Shown here in pieces: positions 39,248-52,140 of a stretch of DNA of 64,000 nucleotides (positions are counted from its first letter, which is position 1; each line of letters opens with the position of its first letter). The notes below the pieces were generated by a model. It did no database searches, was not told where the DNA came from, and saw only the letters and a list, made by a program, of their open reading frames with translations. The position numbers and the translations under genes are program-made. Origin of the DNA: Ophelia neglecta (lineage: Eukaryota); NCBI GenBank assembly GCA_965285935.1, contig OZ260661.1, forward strand, positions 30,318,001 through 30,382,000, given 5' to 3'.

Positions 39248-40702
39248 CGGGCCGCAGCTCGCCAGGCAGCCCAGCCCCAGCCCACGAGACACCTCGGGCC
39301 TGAAGACGCGCGGTGCGGTGTATATATTAAATTATTTGGCAAGGGCTTCCTGCTATTGTTGTGGTTAATGACGGATGTACGGCGGGATAAATAATGCGGT
39401 CAACTTTATTGCCTAAATTTGTCGTGATGACGCCTGTCAGGGCGAACATGCAATACGCATTACAACGAAGCCTTTGACCTTCAAATAAGGGAGTGTATTC
39501 CAGGCAGACAAAGCCAAATCACTAATCAAAACCAGTCCATTAGATTGGTCTGAAAGTGTCAGGAACTAGCAGCCACAGGCCCACCCGAACCAATAACTTT
39601 ATCTCAAGCTCACAAACAGTAGATAATTAGTAATGCAAATAATGATAAAGGAAATATAAACATGACATCACTTGCAATAAAAAGTAGTACCAGTTTTCCA
39701 CGATGCGGATCTGAGCAGAAAACAACCGAGTCAGTCGTCAACATAGGACAGATATAAAATAGAAGGTTAGAATAATATGCATGTTTGGACGATTAACGAT
39801 ATAGACTTGAAAGCAATTAATGATCCGGTATTCATGAAATGCTAAAACATAAGCACATTTTATCTATACTTCAAAAGAAGGTATTTCCCAACACATTCAA
39901 TATAACAATGACATGTTGCATTGCACGAATGTGTGGAACCGGACTTTCAGAGCATTTGATAAAGGTTGATAGATTTACTGCGTCCGGAAAAATTAATGGT
40001 TCACGTTATTTTTGTGACACCAGTCACATATTATCCTATTAAAGTTGGCGCTTCCGACATCTGTAATCAATCATCACCATTTCAATATCGGTATTTATGA
40101 TATAAATTTTCAAATTTTCCTTCATTTCTCTCGGGTTTGAAACAAAGAATGAAATTTCATTGAAACCATATTTGATAAGTAAATACATCATCATATGTGC
40201 CTTCTATGACAGACACTATTCTTAACTGTCGGGCAAGATTTTTATTTTTTATTTTTTTATTTTTTATTTTTTAAATACATTTATTCATTCCTTTCTTCAT
40301 TGAACATGCATACAGATATGTATTCGATAAACTGAACGGACCATAATACATACAAAACATTCAAATAACGTTCTTAGCTTTTTTTTAAATACATCATTTC
40401 AACATGCATATATTTCTAATGTGTATATATCAAGTATGTTTGGGTGATTACCATATTTCTATTTACTCACACAGAGTTCGTTATTAATAATGATAGGCGT
40501 ACTACATTCAGCATATGATATATTATACATTTGATAATACAATATATGTACATGTTCACCAAAGAGTACCACTCATTCTGTAATTATAATACATTTCCCT
40601 GTAAATTCACAGATATAAACTTGCAACCTCCCCCTATAGATTTGGAGAAAGTGTTGATATATATATTTTTGGGTAAAATTGGCTTTATTTTCTTATTTCA
40701 TT

Positions 40703-43700
40703 TTACTGATGTTTATAATTTTCTACAGCGTCAACAAGTACTGTATTTAAAGTTGTGTATTTAAAAGCTTTGCAGTATAAAAGAAGATTCACTGTTATTA
40801 GGCTATTGATCGCTTCTCTTGTAATTGAAGCGATGTCTTCTGAATTTCTTACCCAAACTGTGTAAATTGAATATGCCACTATTGTTATTATAATATTTCT
40901 AGCTTTCAAGATGTTATTTTTTCCTGGATATCCGATTACAATATGCTTCCATGTAATCCTACATTTCATGACTTTACAGAGTGTTTTCCATATATTTTCC
41001 ACATAAATACATTCGAAAAGCAGATGTTCCATGCTATGCAATAACTCACAGTGAATACAGTACCTAGATACCCGTTTGTTCCAAACGCCAACAAGTTTGC
41101 CACAGGCCAAAATTTTATGAAGAACCTTGAAGTTATATTCTTTGAACTTGGGATTTGGACAATTTATAATTTTTTCAATATATATGTCTCTCCAGTTTTT
41201 ATAACTATTTGGTATCTGGAACAATTCGGACCAAGCACGTTCCATATATGGTCTTGTAGACTTCTTCCAAAGCATCGATTTATAAAACATACTTGATGAA
41301 ATGGTAGATATATGACAATATTTTCCGACAACATTAATCGACATATCTTTTACAATGTTAATGTATTTGACATCATCTCCACCAAAATAGTGTTTTAGGG
41401 ATAATAATGATTTAACAGTACAATATTCAGAGATCCAATTTGATGCGTAATGCCCTAGATTCTCAACAACCCTTTCACTGCTGAGAAGTTTTCCATTTTC
41501 AAAGAAATCTTTGACATATATAAAACCGGATTTTGTCCATCGATGAAAATATATGGATTTCTTTTTAATAGTAAAAGATTTGCTAAACCAAAACGCATTT
41601 CTGTACATTTCTTGATGACCCCCATACGAATATGTACTTTTACAATTACTAAAACCATTTATCACATCCAGATAGAACCTTGGAAAAGCAACATGTTGCT
41701 CCACCATGAACATATCGCATTTAAGAAAAGCATTAATAACTAGGTTCATTCGTTTCAAGTAATATTCAAAGATAAATTTCCAGGATGAGTTTGTATTAAG
41801 ATACCTAGATACCCAGGCAGCCTTAAGGGAGTTTACTTTACACTGTAAATCTGTAATTCCTAGGCCACCGTCTGACAATTAAGACATGGCTGTCGAACGC
41901 TTAACACGATCGCCATTTTTCCAAACAAAAGAGTACATTAGTTTTTCAATACTATTTAATGTGTCAGTATCAATAGGAAATAGTGTTAAAAGGTAAACCA
42001 ACTTAGATATTCCCAATATATTCAATACTACAGATTTTCCCAAGAGGGTGAGATTACGCTTTCTCCAATTATTTAATAGATTTTTTAAAGGAATTTATCT
42101 TTTCCAACCAATTAACACGAATTATTTCTTCAATATAATTGATAAGTAAATACCCAAACATTTAGAAGGGTGGTTAGGAAAGTGAATACCAAATAAATTA
42201 TGTTCGGCGTTTCTATAAGAACCGAGCCAGACACCAACAGATTTATCTATATTAAGCTTAAGGCCAGATTTAGATGAAAACATATTTATCGAATTCAATG
42301 CTTCAACTATTGAGGTTTTGTTTCCAAGTATAAGTGTTGTATCATCGGCGTGTTGAACTGATTTAAATTCTATATTTGACAGCTTATATCCGAGTATCTT
42401 TTTATTGTTGTGTATTGCAAGATACATTATCTCTGTGGCAATAATAAAAAGTATTGCCGACACAGGACATCCCTGCCGTATGCCCCTCTCCAAAGGGATT
42501 TTGCTGGATATCCAGCGATTGTTTTTTAAAACCATGATTGGATTCGTGTAGAGAGTTTTAATATAAGAAATGAAAGGCTCACCAAAGCCAAATTTCTGAA
42601 AAGTATTAAACATGAATGTCCAGTCTAAACTGTCGAATGCCTTCTCAAAGTCAAGACACACCAATGCACCTGGCAGATCATTCAGATTGGCATGCTCAAT
42701 GATATCACATAGAATACAGACATTACATCCAATAAAGCGGTGTTTTATATATGCAGATTGATCTGGATTTATCATTTTCGGAACAACCTTTTGCAAGCGC
42801 CTGGCTAGAGCAAAAGCCATTATTTTGTAGTCATAGTTGGACAAGCTTAACGGCCTATAATTTTTTATAAGATCGCGCTCTCCCTTCTTAAATATAAGAG
42901 CTACCGCAGATTTGCGAAGCGAGGTTGGTAACTCACCACAAGCAAAAGATTCAATCACCATATTCATAAAACATTCCTTTAGATTAGGCCAAAAGGGTTT
43001 ATAAAATTCAGAAGAAAGTCCGTCAAGCCCGGGGCTTTTATTAGATTTTAGATTGCATACTGCCTCATATAGCTCTTCTTCAGAAATATTAGAATTACAA
43101 AACATTTTATCTTTCGCATTGACCATGTCAATTAGTGTAATATCTTTTAGGTACCGATTAATTTCTTCAGATGTTATTGTTTTTGACTTATATAATTCGG
43201 AGTAATATGCAGTTAGTGATTTTAAGATATCCGAATCTGTATAGACATGGCCATTTGAGGTTTTAATTTTTCTAATTGTATTGTCTGACTGTCTTTTATT
43301 TTCTAAACTGAGGAAGCATTTTATATTGGTTTCTCCTTCTAAAACCCATTTTGCCCTTGATCTAATTTGATAGCCCTTTGCTTTCAGATCACAATGTTTT
43401 TCCAGTTCATTTTCAATGTTTTGTTTTTCTTCTTGAAGGACATTTATATTGTGTGGCGAACTGTCTAGTTCACGCTGTATTTTCTCCAAACGGTTTTGCA
43501 AATTATTCTCATAGAGTTTTCGAGATTTTGCCCCGTTAACAGAAAATAAAACACAATCCTCTTTAATTTTGATTTTCCGAATTTCCCATTTAATTCTATG
43601 GGAATCTATATCTTTAGTATTTTTTGTCCAATGTGCAATACAGTCTATAATTTTCTGTCGAAATATTTCATTTGACAGAAGGCTATTATTTAATTTCCAA

Positions 43701-44466
43701 TATCACCTCCCCCTTGTGTTCTTGTGAATGCTAAAATCAACAACTATCGCCCTATGGTCGCATTTAAGTGCTTGTAAAGTGAAATATTTAAGTACTTCTA
43801 GGACAGAATTTTCATAAACGAAAAAATAGTCTAACCTACTTTTTGTACCTCTTGTATTGTGATAGGTGTGATGCAAATTTCTGTTGCTAGATTTATGCTT
43901 GTTTCCTATATCAACTAGTCGTTTACTGGAGATAAATTTAGACAAAACATTTCTACTTTTATCTTTTAGGTGCGTATGAGGTATTCTATCCGCTTCCAAC
44001 AGACAACAATTGACATCCCCTCCTATAATAATATTGGTTTGATATTCAGCATGTTTAGACACCCAGTTATTAAGGTCTCTAAAAAAGTTAGATCTCGATT
44101 TTTCCACGGTTGGAGCATAGACATTTACTAGAGTGAGGCGTTCGCCTTCAACTTCAATATTCAAAAGTAATTTCCTGCCTTCACCGTCACATAGTTCATT
44201 GATTAACTTATAGGAAATGTGCTTTGGTATCAGCACAGCCACTCCCCTCGCATGCTTGAAGTGGAGAAGCCGTGGTATACATCTCCAACCCACGGAGAGT
44301 CTGTGAAGGCACGAGACTCTTTAGTACAAAATGTTTCTTGGAGCATAATAATATCTGCTCGTTGGTTTTCCATCCATTTAAAAAGTTTAACTCGTTTATG
44401 ATATTCGTTTAGACCTCTTACGTTAAGGGATAAGACCCTTAAATTACACTTTTTCTTCAGGTTCAT
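40703..44466 (-). pseudogene. LINE ORF2 (APE endonuclease, RT, C-terminal Cys/His motif), disrupted
   Basis: LRVLSLNVRGL, DIIMLQET, NVYAP, IIGGDVN, SRLDY, KSPGLDGL, NYRPLSL, DFEKAFD, RQGCPVS, QHADDTT, GGLG, CIHC...EHLLFEC. Split over four track ORFs by frameshifts and an in-frame TGA at 43703-43705. Confidence 0.92.
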
Positions 44467-44614
44467 TACCCTTTTTTTTCACATACACCATTAACAAAAT
44501 ATTCATTCAATCTCATGTCTCCCTTATCCCCGATGTAAACATGACCCACAAAATGACCAGATCTCACCGAAGGAGAAGGAGTCACTACAGTGATACAAGA
44601 CTGGACCATGAACA

Positions 44615-45895
44615 TTAAGAGATGTACTCTGGAGAGTCCAACCGCTGACGACTGTGAGGAGCGTCAGGACTTTCAGATGGAGATAGTTCCGTGATACCCC
44701 TCTTGGCAATAGGCTGGCGTATAGGTGTCTGTTGGGACTCCAATGTTTTTCTGATTTCAGAAAGAATCTTTCCAATTGTGTTATTCCCTGGAATAGAGCA
44801 GAGAACGGTATGCTCAGTTTGGTGGGGTGTCAGTCCCGAACTCCAAAATAAGTCACCTCCTGCAGCTTGAATTAGTGGCTTCCCCCCGGAGCCTGCAAGC
44901 GAGTCATACATAAGACCCGAGGAGGCCAGCTTAGACTGCAGGATATCCTTCATCAGATCAGTATGTTCGGAGTCCCATTCCGCTGTACACAAAATATCTT
45001 TGGATACTTTGGCCACATTCACTGGATTCCTCGAAGCCAGTATGAAATTAGCCACCTCTGGCTTCCCATTCATCATAGCCTTTTTATAGGTGTAAGCGTG
45101 TTGGACTGAGCTGTATGTCAGCTCATCATGTTTGAAGTGTTCCATGTGGTATGTTGACAATGGGTGTTTACCCGAGAATATGACAGCTTCTTGAGTAGCA
45201 ACATACAGCCTACAGTCCTCCGATCCAGCATCATGACCTGCTTCGTTACAGGCGCGACATGCTTGCTCAGATGTACATTGAGCCTTGGTATGTCCCGATT
45301 TCCTGCATTCAAAACAGACAATTTGGTCCTGATTATTGTGGTATATTCTGGCCTGGAAATTTCCTATTTGGATTTTTCGAGGTAATGGTTTTTTGTCAAG
45401 CGATTCTTGGTCAGCATAGGTGAAGCGATCTCCACTAAGGAAGTTAGTGAGAGTACCATTTTCATCCCTTACTTTACTGTATTTCAGTGGAGCAGTCAGC
45501 TTTGCGCCATGCTTTTCTAGTGCTGATCTTATCTCTTCATTTGAGTATGACAAAGGAACATCCTTCACATTTATTTTAATGGCTGTCTGTCGTTGTGCAT
45601 CTGATCCACTTGAGTAAGGGTTTTGGCCATAGAGAGTTACCTCCCTGTCGTGGATGACCATCCCCGTTGTTTGGAGCGTTGCTTTAGCAGTTTCGCTTGC
45701 CAGGTACAACCTCCACAGGTTCCCAATCTTTTGGGCAACAAGAATTGACGATCTGTCTTTAACAGTATTTATCATAGCACGACATACGTCATTAACCGAG
45801 AGGGACTTGCCTCGGTCAAGTGACAGTTCATTCTCTTTGAAAAATACTGGAGTCACACCATTAGTGATATTTATTGTTTCATCCGATTGCGCCAT
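44615..45895 (-). CDS. LINE ORF1p, 426 aa: RRM-like N-terminus, two CCHC knuckles, C-terminal NADAR/YbiA-like domain
   Basis: Intact ORF upstream of ORF2. CFECRKSGHTKAQC and CRACNEAGHDAGSEDC at aa194-228. aa238-385 carry the NADAR motif series in order: F..LSTY, F...Y.SVQHAY..KKA, W...LM..IL..K, LIQAA..D.FW..G, PG.N.IG.IL..IR..L. Confidence 0.88.
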   Translation of the reverse strand: MAQSDETINITNGVTPVFFKENELSLDRGKSLSVNDVCRAMINTVKDRSSILVAQKIGNLWRLYLASETAKATLQTTGMVIHDREVTLYGQNPYSSGSDAQRQTAIKINVKDVPLSYSNEEIRSALEKHGAKLTAPLKYSKVRDENGTLTNFLSGDRFTYADQESLDKKPLPRKIQIGNFQARIYHNNQDQIVCFECRKSGHTKAQCTSEQACRACNEAGHDAGSEDCRLYVATQEAVIFSGKHPLSTYHMEHFKHDELTYSSVQHAYTYKKAMMNGKPEVANFILASRNPVNVAKVSKDILCTAEWDSEHTDLMKDILQSKLASSGLMYDSLAGSGGKPLIQAAGGDLFWSSGLTPHQTEHTVLCSIPGNNTIGKILSEIRKTLESQQTPIRQPIAKRGITELSPSESPDAPHSRQRLDSPEYIS

Positions 45896-46242
45896 CCTGT
45901 TAAGTCGCAGTGCTATCAGTTTGTGCTTGAAGTAAAGTTAATAGTGTCAAAACTGGTCAAAGATTGTGAGGGCACGCATGGGCCACCGTACCAAAACAGT
46001 TCGAAAGCACACCGAGTGACCGCTATTGTTCTTAGAAGAATAGGCACCCGTACTTCCACCTTGAAGTTCCACAAACTTAACCCTCAAGTTTTCAAAAGTC
46101 CGGCTGTATCTTTATGAACCTTTTGGTGGTGCCAGACCGCACTTCACTAGGGAGCAAATAGTATTTAAAGAAAAACTATTTGAGAGCCGCTGTTTAGCAT
46201 GTACGTCCAGTCAATGCATTACCCTCCATAGATGGGCAAGAT

Positions 46243-49200
46243 GTTTATCATAACAGGCACAGGGCATAAAGGAGCCTGGGATCAAGTTTCTCATCGTCGA
46301 ACCTAACATTACACCCAGCAGCATGATAGAAGTCGTAGTGTGAAAAATACAGGCTTAATTTTTTTTTTTAAATAAACAATTGTAAACTACTCATTATATC
46401 CTATTCAGATACTGCTTACTACATTCACTATTTAAAATACACTGCATAAAGCTCGGGCTTTTGCAATAACATTTTCTGCAGGCTATATGTAAATTTGGAA
46501 TGGCCTTGGCGTTCGACCCTTACTACTAGCACGGCTGCAGTTTCCTGAGATATTGGAAATTTCTACGTAGTCGGAAATGCCTGAACTAATACAAGCGAAT
46601 ACGTATGAAGAATATAACAAAGATGCATTAACTCGCAGGTTAGAGCCATTGTATTCCTAGTGGCACTGATTCAATAGCTTTATTGTCACATACTGCCCAC
46701 TGATCAGCGAGAATCACCGAATCAGTCTTTGTTCAAATCAAGCCTCAGCGCCATTCGTCGGACTAAGCACGAGTGGAATTTAGCTGCTCAATCATCTTAT
46801 GGTGTAGGACTTCCGGTCCTATCCGTGGAGGGTTTAAGATGCGCTGGCGGCCCTCTACCATGTTGTGCACTTTGTACAGGTAAGATAGATATCTTTAGAG
46901 ATATACTGCCAACTGGGAGGCGCGCGGAGATGACAGTCTCGAATGTTTTTTTGGCACCAGGGCCTTGAAATAGTAAACATTGTTATTTCATTGGCTAAAT
47001 GTTTATTAATCTAAAGTCTTGAGAGAGGCATTTGTTCTATAGACGTGTTTCTAACAAGACACAATAACGCGTGTATATCCTTTTTTTTCTTGCTATGAAT
47101 ATGCATGTATATGTAAAGAGTCTCTTTGGTTACAGGCACTAATTTACTCTATTCATGTCATTTAAAGTGTTTCATGATATCGCACAAGATTAGTATGTGT
47201 CGTTCTTATGCAAGTTTTAAATCGGTCGCATTACACATGTATAAATGTGTCCCACAAGTGTTTGCAAACCAAATATTATGGAGTCTTCCTTTGCGATCCG
47301 TGTCTACTGAATAAACAGTCTTATAGAAGGTTAAAATCTCAAATTTCTAGACTCTAGACTATTTATACATTAACAGACAGTTCGAGCTTTAAGACGGATC
47401 AAAGTTAGCTGCCTAATGTTTACCAGTAAACAGGACGTCGAGCACCCAATAATGGTACAAAACTAGTCTTCCTTTCTTTAATATGTACCTACGTTTGTAA
47501 TCAATTGTTTGAATAACTGTACTCAAACCGGTTGCTTTGTGTCTTCTTCATTTTGCTATCCACTCGATTCAAGCCACAATTTAGTGATACCATAAAAATC
47601 AACATGCATTCAATGTGAAATTAGGGATATATTTCGCATATCTAGTCGACAATAGTGACTGTCTAGTAAGGTTGGTATATATTTATGAAAAGTTATATCT
47701 AAAGCCACCTCAGTTCCTCATCTCATACGACACCAAACCACACCTCATGACAAGCAATTGAAAAATAAGGTAATCAGAATTGGTGGAAATGAATAATAAA
47801 AAGTGACAAAAATGCAGAACTCTCCCATGAAGACACCCCCCTTTCTTATAACACCCCTATCCCCCGTCAAAACCTGCATGGCAACAGGTAAGCGCATAAC
47901 ATGCACATACAAATACGTACAGCCTTAACTAATGCCATAATATGATCGGTCGCTTGATTCCCAGTCGGTAGCATTTAACGTCAAATTGATCTATTTGTAC
48001 AGAATACCGAACATCATGGTGGCCTTTGTCATCAAGGAATTGCTCCTTGCCACTGTCATAGCTAGCCTGTCTTCAGTGACAATGGCACAGGTAGAGACTT
48101 ATGTTTGTTCTTGTTGACGACTTAAAGATAAGAGGTTTCGCTTTCAAACAAAGATTACAAGAGGTGATGTTAAAAGATCGGACTATAATAAGAATCAATA
48201 TGGTCATTATATACCTGTTACCTGATAAACTTGCTAATGGCCGAAATTTAAGGTATGTTCATTAGAGGTATTCTTTCATTTGTCAGGAAGAGAGTTTACG
48301 TCGGCAGAAACGGTCAGTTGAAGCCCATGAGACAGCCCGGGAATCTGTGGAGCCGTCAGGAGGTAACAAAACAGCATAAATTTACAATACTGTGACTTTC
48401 ATTTTTGATACGATAAGTGTAACGATAGAAGTGAAACATATTTTGAAGACAAAATGACTACGACGGCTTATTTAGTGAAGCATCAGCTTACGTATGACGT
48501 TCTAAATCCGTTTAATTTCAGGCGGTCAGACTTACATTCGATGGGGTAGAACTACATGTCCAAACTACCCTGACACACATCGCATATACAAAGGTATGAC
48601 TGCAAACCGTCCATCTTTATCGTTAAGCCTCAACGGCTTAAACTAAAGTGTTTTTAATTTCCGATATGAAAACCAGTACCATTGCCAAAAGTTGCGCAAT
48701 ATGTACATATTTCTTTCTTTTAATCTTTAGACAATTTTCCCCGCGTTGTTAAGTAGGTTTCGTGAAGCGGTCGTCGAGGCAAATTTGGACAATGTGTATA
48801 TTTACGTGCATATCAAATTGGCAATCTTACGTGTTAAACGAACTCGCGAAAAACGATTGGCACTTAAACTTACGGTGTTTTACACTTTCTTTTCCTACCA
48901 ATTTATTGTTCATGGAGTTTATGTACATTATAAAATATAGCTATATGCACTTACTGGTTTTTGATCTATGCATGGTAATTATTTAATCTAGCTATGTCTG
49001 CCTCGGTTCGGATGGGGGCTTTACAAAAGTTATATTCTTCCCAGGATTGGCTGGTGGTTCTTGGTATGGCATCAAAGGAGGCGGTGCCAATTTGTTGTGT
49101 CTTAGCGAGGACCCGGTTTGGGGAACTTACGACGAGAAATTGACTGGACATGTAAACCTCCATGGTGTCGAGTACCAGACAGGCTGGCCGCTGGAAAATG

Positions 49201-52140
49201 ACAACATTGAGGAAGCGTATGTCTGATCTTGTTCTGAATAAATGAAACCTATGAAAATACAAATGTAGCAACGCATTATTGCGGCATTCTAATTAACCAG
49301 GCAGACAATATGTCTGGAATGTCATACAAACTTAGTACAAGCTTGTCCCTGCTTTAACAATTAATATTTGTATTAATTCATTACCTAACTGGTGCGATGG
49401 TGATGTTACACACACATTCTTCACAATCACAGCAATATGTTGTTAGTAATAATCTGGTGCTTATACCTGTTGCATAGTAGATTATTCTCTTGTAGTCGCT
49501 AGCCTAAGAAGAGGGAATTAACATTTATTTGAATGTCTGTGTCTGCGTTTCTTGGAATAAAATATCGCGCTCATACCGCCTTACGGCGTCATTTTAAAGG
49601 AGTCAATTGTCTATATCTGTATTTTATTCAATGAAGTCATCATAGACTTGTATATTGGACAGTTATAGAACAAATACATTATGGCATCGGGAGAAAAGAA
49701 TACAAATAAATAAACATAATGAATAAATACTCGAGGTGTTCACAATACACTAGACAGCTTCAAAACACAAATCAAATATATAACCCTGTACTTTCATCAG
49801 CATATACGCCCACTGTATCTTACACTTCAGAATTTTGATTAAGTTTATGTATGGCAAGGGCTTTTTGGATATCGCAGATGTTTCACCAGTACATATAGAG
49901 AATGTTGTCGATCAGATCAGGTGTCAGCAACCGTCGAAATAGGTAGTCTCTAGTACACTAAGATAATAGCAAGGCCACTTCGTCAGTAAGGATCTTCAAA
50001 GTTCACATATTGACGATCTATTTGCCATACGCATTTACAGATTTTTCGGGGTCGTTTTGAATTGCTCTTTCATTAATGGCACATATCAATCGGTTTCGAT
50101 ATACAATGTGGAGAATATGACGTCTCTAGATAATAAATCCCTCAAAGCATAAATATGGTTTGCCTTACACATATATTCTGAACATACAGCGCGTTTGTGA
50201 AAGTTCTACATATAAACAGGACCTGAGATCTTAATGGTGTACTTTGCGTAAACTGCTAATTGTAACACGGGATACTTCGACTGATGATTCTGAAAAAATA
50301 TCAAGGTATCCGATTGTATATTTCACAAGGGTGGTTGTGGTACTCGTCCTTCCATGAAATTTACATTTGACTCATTGAATAGTTTAATTACAAAACTACG
50401 TATAATAAACTTGGCTTAATGACGAGAAATTAATCAAGAATCAGTTTATTTATGATGAAGTACAGACGGATGAAACCGTACTATGGCGATGCTATAAGAT
50501 ATTTAACTTTTTATATTGACACTATCAATCTCGGAGTCTTTAGGTGGCGGAGCTATCCCCGTGGGAAAATCATGAAAACATTCATATGGGAAAAGTGCGA
50601 TATAGAAGTGTTTTGTTTTGTTCCTAGGGTGTCTAAAATTATCGGCCTTAACACCAAACTAATCTATTTTTATTGGCACAACTTCGTGAACATTCGTGTA
50701 TAATAATACCTCTCAATATTGTGAACTCTGCATCACAATCTTGAAAACTAGGTACCACTTAAACGCTTGCGCAAGGAGCCAAAAATCACTTCTTTTCGAT
50801 GATAACAAGCGAGCTCTTGTGGATCCTTGCGGTACACTGAACAGTGTTAGTGATGAAAAGTTGTTGTTAATTTACTATTTTTTTTACTATAATCAATGTG
50901 GAATTTGGCTTTGGTTGACAGTGTTGGTAATATGACATAAGCTGTGTTAACCAGAGGCGCCCCCTGAGGGAAATGTCTTTTCCGTCTAGCTCTGGGCAAG
51001 CTTCCGGTATGTTCGGAAAATATGTTGGAGATACTCGTAAACTTGTTAGAAACAAGTTTGGCGTCGAAACAATTTTTAAGTTGATGCTTTTTGTATTAAT
51101 TATTAATTTTTCGACATAATAAGCTTAGGCTGATGAAATAAGGGGCAAGGCTGATATATCGAACATGCCCCGTAAAGATCGATGTAGTTCAATTGGTTTA
51201 AATAAATGTCCTTCAAAGTGTTTTCGAGATTATAATAATTTGGACTAAGCATAAAGCCGACTAAAACGATTTGATTTTGTAGGTCACACGTAGATCAAGA
51301 CGTGCCATGTGCTGTATGCTGGGCTCTCCACAGGAGCACGCTTATGATTCCGGGCAGACGAACTTGTGTTCCGGGCTGGAGACTTGAGTACCATGGCTAT
51401 CTGATGGCAGAAAATAAAGTTCATCATAGAGGTGAATTTATCTGCGTTGATCACGCCCCAGAGGCCGATCCTGGCGGATCGGAGAAGAAGATGGGCGCCT
51501 TATTGTATTACGTCGAAGCCTATTGTGGCTACTCTCTGCGCTGTCCGCCGTATGTACACGGCAGAGAAATTACATGTGTTGTGTGTTCTCGCTAGCAAAG
51601 TGGATCCTTCTCACTGATTATATGCAACAACAAAAAATCTAGAAATTGACGGTTATAATGAAACGTTCGCTTGTAAAAAATACAAACTAGGTTTGTTACA
51701 ATGTAGGATCGATAGATAACATTAGAGGTTCGCATGCATAGACAACGACGAGGCGTCACAGTATTATTCAACATAATATCGCTTTCGCAGCCTCGACAAA
51801 TTAAACTATTATAGATACCAGACAATGATACGATGTATTTAACGTAGCTTTAGATGGATAACGATCAGGAAGGGGTAAGGGTTAAGGATCGAATATTGCA
51901 GTTAGGTTGTTGGCTACGCTAGACATTTCACAATTATTTTTGAATTTTATCTTTCACTGGTATCTCGTATCTAGTTGTTCAATATTCTGCATCATGCTGG
52001 CTTTGTCTATTCGTTAATCATGTACTCTTACTCTGATATATTTTTTTGCGAATCTAAGAATTCTATTGTCCTGTGATTGGTCTACCACGCCTATCTTTCT
52101 ATCTTATTAAATAAAGTTCTATATTCCACTACCAATATCA
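46243..52140 (+). repeat. Segmental duplication unit B (paralogue 4 with flanks, no sulfotransferase)
   Basis: Co-linear with ~30695-36525. Similarity starts immediately after the right-hand TSD of the LINE. Confidence 0.85.
48016..51595 (+). CDS. Secreted short-chain collagen C4-like domain protein, paralogue 4, 235 aa
   Basis: Exons 48016-48090, 48287-48362, 48522-48593, 49045-49216, 51283-51595, GT-AG, open frame. RRQKR site and all 10 domain cysteines retained. Confidence 0.9.

Larger units (their letters stand above)
40240..46233 (-). mobile_element. Full-length L1/Tx1-type non-LTR retrotransposon (~6.0 kb)
   Basis: TSD gggcaagat at 40231-40239 and 46234-46242. On the element strand the 3' end is AATAAA followed by an A-rich tail interrupted by single Ts. 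Order: ~340-nt 5'UTR, ORF1, ~150-nt spacer, then EN-RT-Cys ORF2. Confidence 0.93.

Noticed and set aside
50540-51080. Possible very old LINE fragment in intron 4 of paralogues 3 and 4 (VPQGS-like motif on the minus strand)
   Set aside because: A single degenerate motif is too weak to call without a profile search.
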